Of a DNA stretch of 40,000 bases, positions 7,296-15,381 are shown in pieces. A program made the position numbers and the translations under genes. The notes under the pieces are model-generated. The model saw only the letters and a list, made by a program, of their open reading frames with translations, was not told where the DNA came from and made no database searches. Numbering within the stretch: the stretch's first letter is position 1; every line of letters starts with the position of its first letter. The stretch is from the NCBI GenBank assembly GCA_945867155.1, contig CAMBHL010000003.1:160099-200098 (forward strand), written 5' to 3'. This DNA comes from an uncultured Eubacteriaceae bacterium (lineage in GTDB: Bacteria > Bacillota > Clostridia > Eubacteriales > Eubacteriaceae).

Positions 7296-8675
7296 TTAGT
7301 CCCTGACCCTTGACATCAATGCTACCGTCTCAACATGCCCAGTCCCCGGAAACATATTAACCGGTGTTGCTTCAATCAGTTCATATCCGGCTTTTTTCAA
7401 AATCCCCACATCCCGGGCCAATGTTGCAGGATCACAGGAAACGTACACGATTTTGGGGATACGGCAGGCGATCAAACTGTCGAGCAAGGTTCGCGCACAA
7501 CCCTTTCTCGGCGGATCAACGACAGCGACGTCGGCGCGGCTGCCCTGCCTGATCTGTTCGGGCATCACGTCCTCTGCCTTGCCGCAGATAAAGGAAATAT
7601 TTTGAATGTGGTTGCGCTTCGCATTTTTGCGTGCATCTTCGACGGCTTCTGGAACGATTTCAACGCCAAGCACCCGTTCGGCGTCCTTAGCCATGCAAAT
7701 ACCGATGGTACCAGTCCCACAGTACAAATCCCAGAGGGTTTCTGTCCCCGTCAAAGCTGCATACCTTTTTGCCTTTTCATAAAGCTTTTCTGCCTGAATG
7801 GTATTAACCTGGAAAAAAGACTGGGGTGAAATGTTAAAGGTGTAGCCGCACAATCTTTCTTCGATAAACGCTTCGCCGGCTAAAAGCTCCGTCTTCGTTC
7901 CCAAAACGCGATTGTTGGGCTTGGTGTGGATATTGAGCATAAGGCTCTTCAATTGTGGCAGGCCTTCAAAAATTTGCACAGTCTGTCTTTTCTGCTCGGA
8001 TGATAAATCGTGACTGACAACCGGCACCACCATCACGTCGCCTTGGCGGTTCGTTCGGAGCAGAAAACCGCGCACATCCCCTCGCCGGCTTTTTTCATCG
8101 TAAGGTGTGAGCTTAAGTGCCGCCATCCATTTCCGACACACCGCCAAGACCGGTCCCAAAGGCCGCTTTTGATTCAGACAGTCGCCAATGGGTACCACTG
8201 CATGACTGCCCTTTTGAAAAAAGCCAATTCCCGCATCTGACACTTTGAGCTGCGCTTTATTGCGATAGCGGATTGGCTGCTCCATCCCGATTGTCGACCG
8301 AACTTTCTCAGCCGCATCTGTCAACCCACCAATATGTTTAAATGCGTTGATCACCGTCTGTCGTTTGAGCTCATTTTCGCAGGACGCTGTCAAATGCAGC
8401 CATTGACAGCCACCGCATTTTGGAAAAGCTGGACAATCCGGCGTCTTTCGGTTCTTTGAGTCCGCAAGGATCTGACTCATTTTGCCTTTCAGATATTGCT
8501 GTTTGACCGCCGTCAATTCAACCTCAACGGTCTCGCCAACAACCGCCCCATCGACAAAAAGGGCCTGCCCCTGAACGTGGCCGACCCCTTCTCCCCGCCG
8601 CGTCATGTCGGAAATGGTCACCTCAAGGTGATCGCCGACGCGGTGAGGGTTTATTGGTTTGTGCTTTTTTTTCAT
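7296..8675 (-). CDS. rlmD: 23S rRNA (uracil-5-)-methyltransferase, RumA/RlmD family
   Basis: 459 aa. It has an N-terminal TRAM-like region, the Fe-S cysteine cluster CPAFPKCGGCQWLH, a SAM MTase core (DLYCGTGTIG, VVDPPRKG) and a VYVSCDPATLARD C-terminus. Confidence 0.9.
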   Translation of the reverse strand: MKKKHKPINPHRVGDHLEVTISDMTRRGEGVGHVQGQALFVDGAVVGETVEVELTAVKQQYLKGKMSQILADSKNRKTPDCPAFPKCGGCQWLHLTASCENELKRQTVINAFKHIGGLTDAAEKVRSTIGMEQPIRYRNKAQLKVSDAGIGFFQKGSHAVVPIGDCLNQKRPLGPVLAVCRKWMAALKLTPYDEKSRRGDVRGFLLRTNRQGDVMVVPVVSHDLSSEQKRQTVQIFEGLPQLKSLMLNIHTKPNNRVLGTKTELLAGEAFIEERLCGYTFNISPQSFFQVNTIQAEKLYEKAKRYAALTGTETLWDLYCGTGTIGICMAKDAERVLGVEIVPEAVEDARKNAKRNHIQNISFICGKAEDVMPEQIRQGSRADVAVVDPPRKGCARTLLDSLIACRIPKIVYVSCDPATLARDVGILKKAGYELIEATPVNMFPGTGHVETVALMSRVRD

Positions 8676-9124
8676 CAGTCTTCGTCCGTTTTGGGATGGT
8701 TGTCCATGGTGCGGATCGCCTGCTTGCGAAGGGTCGCCTTTATGGCCGAAAACGTCTCATCGCTGATGATATGTTCGATCCCGCAGGCATCATTTTCTGC
8801 AATTTCCGGCGAGACATTTAAAAAGTTGCGAATGAACTTCGTAATCGTCACATGTCGGTCATACACTTCTTTCGCCGTTTCAAGGCCCGCTTCGCTGAGG
8901 TAGATCCGGCCGTAGCGTTCGTGGCGCACCAGCCCCCGGTCCGCCATTTTTTTAACCGCATCGGTGGCGCTCGCCTTGGTCACGCCCATGGCCTGAGCCA
9001 GGTCTGTGATGCGCACACCCGTGTTGCTGCCCAAATAATTCAAGTAAATTTCTTCCAAATAATCTTCGATGGATTCGGTAAAGCGTTTTCCTGTTTTACC
9101 GCTTACTTCTGGTCGATACACCAT
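8675..9124 (-). CDS. DtxR/MntR-family metal-dependent transcriptional regulator
   Basis: SIEDYLEEIY...ITDLAQAMGVTKASATDAVKKMADRGLV...YGRIYLSEAGLETAKEVYDRHVTITKFIRNFL is typical of DtxR-type repressors. The start is set at ATG 9124, preceded by GAGAGGAAAG. The stop overlaps the rlmD ATG (TGATG). Confidence 0.8.
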   Translation of the reverse strand: MVYRPEVSGKTGKRFTESIEDYLEEIYLNYLGSNTGVRITDLAQAMGVTKASATDAVKKMADRGLVRHERYGRIYLSEAGLETAKEVYDRHVTITKFIRNFLNVSPEIAENDACGIEHIISDETFSAIKATLRKQAIRTMDNHPKTDED

Positions 9125-10988
9125 GTTTCTTTCCTCTCTTTCGGTTGCGCGTGGTCTTTTTATGATGATTTTCAGCATGCCGGGGATGAATGAGGCAGCG
9201 CGGGCCCGGGCCGATGAGATCTTCCCGGCCGCTGCGCTTCAAAGCTTCAATGACGAATTTTCTGTTCTTCGGGTCGCGGTACTGGAGCAGCGCCCGCTGA
9301 AGGCGCTTTTCGTACCCCTTCGGCACGTGAATCGGCTTGAGGGTCTCTAAATCCAGCCCGGTGTAGTACATGGCCGTCGCCCGGGAACCCGGCGTCGGGT
9401 AGAAATCCTGAACCTGCTCCGGCTCAAGATGATGATCCCGCAGGTATTCCGCGAGAGCCACCGCATCTTTTAACGTCGAGCCCGGATGGCTCGAAATAAA
9501 ATAAGGCACCACGTATTGATTGAGGTGTTCCGCCTTGTTGCACGCGTTGAAACGGTCCACAAAGCACCGGTATTTCGAAAAGGACGGCTTTCCCATGTAA
9601 TGGAGCACCCGGTCTGAAATGTGTTCCGGCGCCACGCGCAGCTGACCGCTGACGTGGTGGCGCACCAGTTCTTTGAACGCGGCATCGCTGGGATCAGCCA
9701 TTAAATAATCGTAGCGGATGCCCGAGCGCACGAAAACCTTCCGAACCCCCGGCACCGCGCGCAGGGCTTTCAGCACCTCGCAGAAATCCCGTTCATTCGC
9801 GTCGAGATTCGGACAGACGTCCGGAAACAGGCATTCCCGGTTCGGACACGGTCCGGTTTTCAGCTGTTTCGAACACGCCGGATGCAGGAAGTTCGCCGTC
9901 GGCCCACCCACATCGTTGATGATTCCCTTAAACTGCGGGTCCCGGGTCATCTGCTCCGCTTCCCGAAGCATGGAGGCCCGGCTCCGGCTCGAAATGATCC
10001 GGCCCTGATGCATGGCGATGGCGCAGAAAGAACAGCTGCCAAAACAGCCGCGGTTGGACGTGATGGAAAACCGCATTTCCGACATGCCGGTGATCTCCGG
10101 TCCGGGATTGAGCTGAAGCCCAGTGTAAGGCAGGTCGTAGACGTCATCCATTTCCTGGGTGGTCAGGGGCATCTGGGGCGGGTTCTGCACAAAATAACGG
10201 CCGCCGCAGCCCTGCACCGCCAGCTGGTCTTCAAAGGGGTTGCTGCTTAAATCGATGAGGCGGGTCATCTGAGCAAAAGCCTGTTTCCCTGTCCCGTTCC
10301 GTTCTGAAACGGTCTCGAAGGACGGGAGGACGATGCTGTCGTCCGGTGCGGTGTCGAGCATGACGCCCGTACCCCGGATATAGGTGATCTGATCGATGGG
10401 CAGGCCGGCGTCGAGGGCCTCCGCCACTTCGATGATCGCTTTTTCGCCCATGCCGTACACCACGAGGTCCGCGCCGGAATCAAAAAGGATCGGCCGCCGG
10501 ACCCGATCCTGCCAGTAATCATAATGGGCGAAGCGCCTGAGACTGGCTTCGATGCCGCCGATCACGATCGGCACCCGGCCGTAAGCTTCCCGAATCCGGC
10601 CGCAGTACGTGATCACCGCCCGGTCCGGCCGCGCCCCGGTTTTCCCTCCCGGCGTATAAGCGTCGTCGTGCCGGCGTCTTTTGTTAACCGTGTAATGACA
10701 GACCATGGAGTCCATGTTGCCCGAGGACACCAGAAACGCCAGCCGGGGCTGTCCTAAAACTTTAAAAGCGTTGACGTCGTCCCATTTGGGCTGAGCGATC
10801 ACCCCGACCCGGTAGCCTAAATCGGCCAGCACCCTGGCGATAATGGCCGGGCCAAACGCAGAATGATCGACGAAAGCATCTCCGGAAACGAAGACGAAAT
10901 CGCAGGCGTCCCAGCCTAAAGCCTGGATTTCTTTCTGATTTCGCGGAAATGGAAGCCGTTCGTCAACCGTCATTTTTGATACATTCAT
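9096..10988 (-). CDS. ygiQ: YgiQ-family radical SAM protein (UPF0313)
   Basis: N-terminus ...LGWDACDFVFVSGDAFVDHSAFGPAIIARVLADLGYRVGVIAQPKW, a radical-SAM cysteine motif (RGCFGSCSFCAI) and a basic C-terminal tail. The start is uncertain (ATG 10988 or 10973; the track uses TTG 11018). Confidence 0.85.
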   Translation of the reverse strand: MNVSKMTVDERLPFPRNQKEIQALGWDACDFVFVSGDAFVDHSAFGPAIIARVLADLGYRVGVIAQPKWDDVNAFKVLGQPRLAFLVSSGNMDSMVCHYTVNKRRRHDDAYTPGGKTGARPDRAVITYCGRIREAYGRVPIVIGGIEASLRRFAHYDYWQDRVRRPILFDSGADLVVYGMGEKAIIEVAEALDAGLPIDQITYIRGTGVMLDTAPDDSIVLPSFETVSERNGTGKQAFAQMTRLIDLSSNPFEDQLAVQGCGGRYFVQNPPQMPLTTQEMDDVYDLPYTGLQLNPGPEITGMSEMRFSITSNRGCFGSCSFCAIAMHQGRIISSRSRASMLREAEQMTRDPQFKGIINDVGGPTANFLHPACSKQLKTGPCPNRECLFPDVCPNLDANERDFCEVLKALRAVPGVRKVFVRSGIRYDYLMADPSDAAFKELVRHHVSGQLRVAPEHISDRVLHYMGKPSFSKYRCFVDRFNACNKAEHLNQYVVPYFISSHPGSTLKDAVALAEYLRDHHLEPEQVQDFYPTPGSRATAMYYTGLDLETLKPIHVPKGYEKRLQRALLQYRDPKNRKFVIEALKRSGREDLIGPGPRCLIHPRHAENHHKKTTRNRKRGKKHGVSTRSKR

Positions 10989-10995
10989 GTTCAAA

Positions 10996-11760
10996 TTATA
11001 CCATACTTGGTATGCCAATGTTCTGCAAAATCAGAAAAACAATCATAAAAAAGGCCTGGTTCATCTCGATGGTCATGCCGATGGTGTCCCCGGTGATCCC
11101 GCCGATTTTGCGCTTCAAATCCCACATCATGATCAAGTTGAGCACGGCCGAGATCCCGAAGGCGGCCAGCAGGCGCAGGGACAGCCAGCCGCAGACGGCG
11201 GCGATTGCCGCCGCGTACACTGCCACATGCCAGCCTTTGGTGATTTCCGTGATGCGCCGGCCGAGGCCGCCGCCCCCTTCCGCGTAGGATGAGAGCCAGC
11301 AGGTTTGAATGGCGGCGTACCGCCCCACAATCGGAACGAAAACCAGCACGGTTAAAAAATGCCCAGCGATGAGCCGCCGGTAGCCGATCCACAGGGTCAT
11401 CATCAAGAGCACGAGGCCGATTGCGCCGAAAGAGCCCAGCCGGCTGTCTTTCATGATCTTCATCATTTTGTCGTGATCCCGGGCTGAAAAGACCCCGTCA
11501 ATGGTGTCGGCAACCCCGTCGAAGTGCAGGCCGCCGGTCAGCCAGATGTAAAAGATCAAAATCAGAATCGCGGCGATTTCCGGCATGCGCAGCCAGGAAA
11601 CGCACCACCCGAATCCCCAGAGTGCCGCGCCGATCACCGCGCCAATGACGGGCATCAAAAGCATGCAGCGGTAAAACTCCTCTTCGCTGACGTCCTTCAG
11701 CTGAATCGGAATCCGCGTGTAAAAAGACAAACCAATTAAAAATTCACGAAAAAAATTCAC
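10996..11760 (-). CDS. cobS: Adenosylcobinamide-GDP ribazoletransferase (cobalamin synthase)
   Basis: Polytopic membrane protein with LSFYTRIPI near the N-terminus, HFDGVADTIDG and GGITGDTIG motifs. I prefer GTG 11760 (RBS AAAGGA) as the start, because the track's TTG at 11793 sits in the T-run of the ptsH terminator. Confidence 0.85.
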   Translation of the reverse strand: MNFFREFLIGLSFYTRIPIQLKDVSEEEFYRCMLLMPVIGAVIGAALWGFGWCVSWLRMPEIAAILILIFYIWLTGGLHFDGVADTIDGVFSARDHDKMMKIMKDSRLGSFGAIGLVLLMMTLWIGYRRLIAGHFLTVLVFVPIVGRYAAIQTCWLSSYAEGGGGLGRRITEITKGWHVAVYAAAIAAVCGWLSLRLLAAFGISAVLNLIMMWDLKRKIGGITGDTIGMTIEMNQAFFMIVFLILQNIGIPSMV

Positions 11761-11782
11761 ATCTAATCCTTTCTCTTTGGCG

Positions 11783-11821
11783 CAAAAAAACAAAAGACTG
11801 ACGGTCGATCCCCTCAGTCTT
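11783..11821 (-). terminator. Rho-independent terminator downstream of ptsH
   Basis: Perfect 8-bp stem AAGACTGA (11794-11801) / TCAGTCTT (11814-11821) with a 12-nt loop. On the minus strand it is followed by TTGTTTTTTT. Confidence 0.6.
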
Positions 11822-11844
11822 TCTGCATTCGCCCTATTGCGTTA

Positions 11845-12117
11845 TTATTCGTCCGGCAGCCCGAACTTATTGTCGATCAGTGCGGTCAAACGGTCCATCG
11901 CCGCTTTTTCATCGTCGCCGTTGACTTCGAGCAGGATTTCATCGCCCTTGGAAACTGCCAAAATCATGACGCCCATGATACTTTTCGCATTGACGCGCGT
12001 CGACCCTTTGCTGATATAAATTTCGCTTGAAAACTCATTTGCCGTTTCGACAAAAAGCGACGCTGGTTTTGCATGGAGCCCCGCTTTATTCTTTACCACT
12101 ATATTTTTTGTAAGCAT
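11845..12117 (-). CDS. ptsH: Phosphocarrier protein HPr
   Basis: MLTKNIVVKNKAGLHAKPASLFV... has the active-site His region and the regulatory-Ser region (KSIMGVM). The RBS AAGGGGTGG precedes ATG 12117. Confidence 0.9.
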   Translation of the reverse strand: MLTKNIVVKNKAGLHAKPASLFVETANEFSSEIYISKGSTRVNAKSIMGVMILAVSKGDEILLEVNGDDEKAAMDRLTALIDNKFGLPDE

Positions 12118-12149
12118 TGTTCCACCCCTTATATATTCTGTCATAATCG

Positions 12150-12178
12150 ATTATACACGATTTCATTATTTATTTCAA
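12150..12178 (-). promoter_or_regulatory. Near-consensus sigma70 promoter for ptsH
   Basis: Reverse strand reads TTGAAA (12178-12173), a 17-nt spacer, then TATAAT (12155-12150). It lies about 33 nt upstream of the ptsH ATG. Confidence 0.55.
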
Positions 12179-12216
12179 GTCTAATCGGGTATCTTAATTC
12201 AGTATAGACAATTTTT

Positions 12217-13011
12217 TCACAATTTCACGCCAAGGGCGTCAAAATAGGTCTGCACCACTTCCAGATCTGGGAAAATCGCTTCGGTCTTCTGACGCATTTC
12301 TTCGTCAGGTTTTTTGAGATCCGGTACCATGATCGGCCTGAGCTCCGCCGCGTAGGCCGCGCGCACGCCGTTGTAGGAATCTTCGATGACGAATCCCATT
12401 TCCGGCGGAATCGAAATGGCCTCCGCCGCCTTCAGAAAAATATCCGGCGCCGGCTTGCTGCGCTTGACCATATCTCCGCAGACCAGAACGTCGAAGTACT
12501 GAATGATGTTCACATCTGTCAATTCCTTCCGCACGGTCTTTTCCCGAGTCGATGAGGCCAAAGCCACGGGTACACCCCGGGATTTGAGATCCTGAAGCAG
12601 TTCGACGGCGCCTTTTTTTAAGGGCAGACCGTGACGTTCGTCGTAGCGGGCGAAGAAAATGGTCCGCATCTCATCTTCGTACTGTTCAAAGGGAAAATCC
12701 TTCCCGTAATAGTCGTCAAAGGTCCGGCGCGTCGCCTGAAAGTTAGTCCCAAGGCAGGCCACGATCACTTTTTCGATATCCGGAATACTGTGGCGCTTGG
12801 CCACTTGCTGCCAGGCGTACAGCACTTCCCGTTCAGAATCAAAAATCACGCCATCCATATCAAAGATCACGCCGCAAAAAGGCGCCGGATTCCGGGCGAG
12901 CGCCTTTTTCAAAGCGTAATCCGCGTATTCCGTTTTGGATAGACAGACCGGTCCCATTTCCGTCGGCACCATTTCCCTCTGGGTCAACCCTTCCGTTTCT
13001 TTTTTTTGCAT
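12217..13011 (-). CDS. HAD-superfamily hydrolase (beta-phosphoglucomutase/phosphatase-like)
   Basis: It has the DxDG motif (GVIFDMDGVIFDSE), a later ASST/K motif and a terminal EDSYNG motif. The start is placed at ATG 13011. The longer 356-aa track ORF runs antisense through the DUF1858 gene and is rejected. Confidence 0.8.
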   Translation of the reverse strand: MQKKETEGLTQREMVPTEMGPVCLSKTEYADYALKKALARNPAPFCGVIFDMDGVIFDSEREVLYAWQQVAKRHSIPDIEKVIVACLGTNFQATRRTFDDYYGKDFPFEQYEDEMRTIFFARYDERHGLPLKKGAVELLQDLKSRGVPVALASSTREKTVRKELTDVNIIQYFDVLVCGDMVKRSKPAPDIFLKAAEAISIPPEMGFVIEDSYNGVRAAYAAELRPIMVPDLKKPDEEMRQKTEAIFPDLEVVQTYFDALGVKL

Positions 13012-13080
13012 AAGCTCCCTTTTCTTTTCTTGCAGTGTTCCCCGGCATTTTGCTATAATAAAAGCAAATTGGAGGTTATT

Positions 13081-13320
13081 ATGGAACAAACAAAAATCAC
13101 CAAATCCATGGGGATTCTCGAGGCCGTCAAACTGCACCCCGACATTCAGCGCTACTTCGCCATGGCCGGCATGTCCTGTTTTGGCTGCATGGCCGCCCAG
13201 TACGAAAATATCGAAGAAGGCTGCCTCGCCCACGGCATCGACCCGGACGTTTTCGTCCGCAATCTCAATTTCTTTATTTCGGGTCAAAAACCCACGGAAG
13301 ACAATCTACCTTCTGCCTGA
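13081..13320 (+). CDS. DUF1858-type small redox-disulfide protein
   Basis: MEQTKITKSMGILEAVKLHPDIQRYFAMAGMSCFGCMAAQYENIEEGCLAHGIDPDVFVRNLN fits the DUF1858 / hybrid-cluster-associated disulfide family pattern (GM.C.GC ... HGID ... LN). The RBS GGAGG precedes ATG 13081. Confidence 0.75.
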   Translation: MEQTKITKSMGILEAVKLHPDIQRYFAMAGMSCFGCMAAQYENIEEGCLAHGIDPDVFVRNLNFFISGQKPTEDNLPSA

Positions 13321-13331
13321 TTTCTGCCGTT

Positions 13332-14255
13332 TTACTGATTCAAGCCGTCATGGACTTGAATCTTTTTTATTTTCTGGCCGGCGGCTTCTTCCCGGATCTT
13401 TTTCAAATCTTCGACCGAGAACGCATAAGCTTTGCCGCAGAAATGGCAGCGCACTTCAATGGGTTCGCCGTCTGCGATCATGGCGTCCAGCTCTTTGAGA
13501 CTGATCGCTGAAAGCGCCCGGCTGACCCGATCTTCGGAGCAGTCACACACGAAAGCGGCCGGGAGTTTGCCCGTCCATTCGATCCCCATCGGTTCAAGAA
13601 TGGCCTCTAAAATATTTTCCGGGGTCATGCCTTTTTCAAGCATCGCCGTGATCGAATCGATTTTTTCGATCTGGGCTTCCAGCTGGGACACCGTCGCTTC
13701 CGAAGCGTCGGGCATCAGCTGAACAATAAAGCCCCCGGCGTTTTCCACCGAACCATCGGCTTTGACCCGAACCCCGAGGCCTACGGCTGACGGCGTCTGT
13801 TCCGACACATTGAAATAATAGGCCAGATCTTCTGCGATTTCGCCGGAAATCAAATTGCAGATGCCGTTGTAGGGTTCTTTGAGCCCCATATCCCGAATGA
13901 CTGTCAGGGTGCCGTTTCCAATCGCGCCGCCCACATCGAGTTTGCCCTTCGCATTAATTGGCCGGTCTGCTTCTGGATTCACGGCATAGCCCTTCACTTC
14001 GCCCCGGCTGTTGGCCGTCACTGTGAGGCCCCCCGCCGGTCCGTCGCCGCTGATCTGAAGAGTCAGGACATCGTCTTTCCCCTTCATCATGCTGCCCATC
14101 ATGGCGCCCGCCGCGAGGAGCCGTCCTAAAGCCGCCGTCATCACCGGCGTCGTGTCGTGCAGGGTCCGCGCTTTTTCGACCAGTTCCGTTGCGTCGATTG
14201 CAAAAGCGCGGATGCTCGCCTGTGCTGACGTCGCTGTTACAATATAATCTGACAT
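13332..14255 (-). CDS. hslO: Redox-regulated chaperone Hsp33
   Basis: 307 aa with a typical Hsp33 N-terminus and the C-terminal zinc centre CDCS...CHFCG. Confidence 0.9.
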   Translation of the reverse strand: MSDYIVTATSAQASIRAFAIDATELVEKARTLHDTTPVMTAALGRLLAAGAMMGSMMKGKDDVLTLQISGDGPAGGLTVTANSRGEVKGYAVNPEADRPINAKGKLDVGGAIGNGTLTVIRDMGLKEPYNGICNLISGEIAEDLAYYFNVSEQTPSAVGLGVRVKADGSVENAGGFIVQLMPDASEATVSQLEAQIEKIDSITAMLEKGMTPENILEAILEPMGIEWTGKLPAAFVCDCSEDRVSRALSAISLKELDAMIADGEPIEVRCHFCGKAYAFSVEDLKKIREEAAGQKIKKIQVHDGLNQ

Positions 14256-14302
14256 CGCATCCCTTTCTTTTTTTCTTATTTAAGTCACAAACCTTGGCGT
14301 TT

Positions 14303-14311
14303 ATTATATCA
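14303..14311 (-). promoter_or_regulatory. Extended -10 element upstream of hslO
   Basis: Reverse strand reads TGaTATAAT about 45 nt upstream of the hslO ATG. There is no convincing -35. Confidence 0.35.
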
Positions 14312-14385
14312 AATGCGCCAAACAAATAAAGTGCAAATTGAAATTTTTCAAGTTTTCACCAAAAATAAATCCGATCAGGCCGACT

Positions 14386-14535
14386 TTACTTTTTCTGCGA
14401 ATCATTTTTATCTTCACGTTTCGCTTTACGAAAATACCAAATCGCTAACAAAATAAAAGCGCCGACCACCAAAATCCGAATGCCCGAAAACAGGGCGAAA
14501 ATAATGAGTGCCAGCGCAATAATCAATTCAATCAT
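14386..14535 (-). CDS. Small hydrophobic protein, 49 aa (below the ORF-track length cutoff)
   Basis: Hand translation: MIELIIALALIIFALFSGIRILVVGAFILLAIWYFRKAKREDKNDSQKK. A GAGAGG RBS lies 7 nt upstream. It has two predicted TM segments and a basic tail, and sits immediately downstream of the thioesterase gene. Confidence 0.4.
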   Translation of the reverse strand: MIELIIALALIIFALFSGIRILVVGAFILLAIWYFRKAKREDKNDSQKK

Positions 14536-14545
14536 GAGAGGCCTC

Positions 14546-15310
14546 TCATTCGTGATTGGGTTTCCGGGACGCCGGACGCAGCGTCATGCCGATCTGGCAC
14601 AGCAGCAGGCCGTCCTGATTCTGAATATCCATCCGGCAGTGGGTGTCGTCTGTCTTTTTGTAGCAGACCGTCACCACGTCGCCGAATTTCGCCTGTTCCT
14701 TGTACAAAATGTCGAAATCCGCCACTTCTACTTTCGAAATCAAGTCTGCCGGAATCGCTTCGAAGGCCCAGGCCAGGTAGCGGACGTTGTTGACGTGTCC
14801 GTTGTAGTCGATGTCCAAATAGCGCACGGCAAACTGGCGATGACTGTCCCAATCGGCGACACGCTTGAGCCGCGGAATCCGGTATTTGTCGCCGTCTTCT
14901 TTAAATTGATAAACATTGTTAATTTCATTGTCGCCGACCCGGACGATGTGGTCTTTATCAAAATCCATCATCATCCAGTGAGACTGCCCTTTAACCATGG
15001 TCTTCCCGTCCTCGTCTTCCAACACGAAGCCGCGGTTGGCGATAAAGCCCTGGGCCGCGCCTGCCCAGGTGCCGACCCGCACCGTCTGAAGAAATTTGGG
15101 ATAATCGATGATTTCGATGTGATACTTGACCACGATCCACGCCAGATGCATCCGGTCCAGTTCATAGGGGCCGGCTTTCAGAGCCGCACTGTGCTCCAGG
15201 GCAATTTCCTGAAAGTAATTCAGAACGCTGACCGGAGAAGCGCAGTAATTCTGGAGACAGTCATAGGTATAGATTTTCTGATCCTGATAAAAAATATTCG
15301 ACTTGTTCAT
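14546..15310 (-). CDS. Acyl-ACP thioesterase
   Basis: About 254 aa from ATG 15310 (RBS GGAGGAATCA). It shows double hot-dog acyl-ACP thioesterase family features (...LDRMHLAWIVVKYHIEI..., DYNGHVNNVRYLAWA). Confidence 0.8.
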   Translation of the reverse strand: MNKSNIFYQDQKIYTYDCLQNYCASPVSVLNYFQEIALEHSAALKAGPYELDRMHLAWIVVKYHIEIIDYPKFLQTVRVGTWAGAAQGFIANRGFVLEDEDGKTMVKGQSHWMMMDFDKDHIVRVGDNEINNVYQFKEDGDKYRIPRLKRVADWDSHRQFAVRYLDIDYNGHVNNVRYLAWAFEAIPADLISKVEVADFDILYKEQAKFGDVVTVCYKKTDDTHCRMDIQNQDGLLLCQIGMTLRPASRKPNHE

Positions 15311-15344
15311 TGATTCCTCCGTCGCAGCCTTGCCGCTGCGTAAC

Positions 15345-15375
15345 AAAAAACCGCTGCATCAGAACGGTGCAGCGG
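15345..15375 (-). terminator. Rho-independent terminator downstream of gshA
   Basis: Perfect 8-bp stem CCGCTGCA (15351-15358) / TGCAGCGG (15368-15375) with a 9-nt loop. On the minus strand it is followed by TTTTTTG (15350-15345). Confidence 0.65.
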
Positions 15376-15381
15376 CTGATA

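Noticed and set aside
11761-11793. A TTG start for cobS at 11793.
   Set aside because: Those codons (TTG TTT TTT TGC) are the U-tract of the ptsH terminator. The GTG at 11760 has an AAAGGA RBS.
12217-13287. A 356-aa version of the HAD hydrolase ORF.
   Set aside because: The first 92 codons run antisense through the DUF1858 gene (13081..13320) and are low-complexity. The HAD DxDG motif sits about 50 aa after the internal ATG at 13011.
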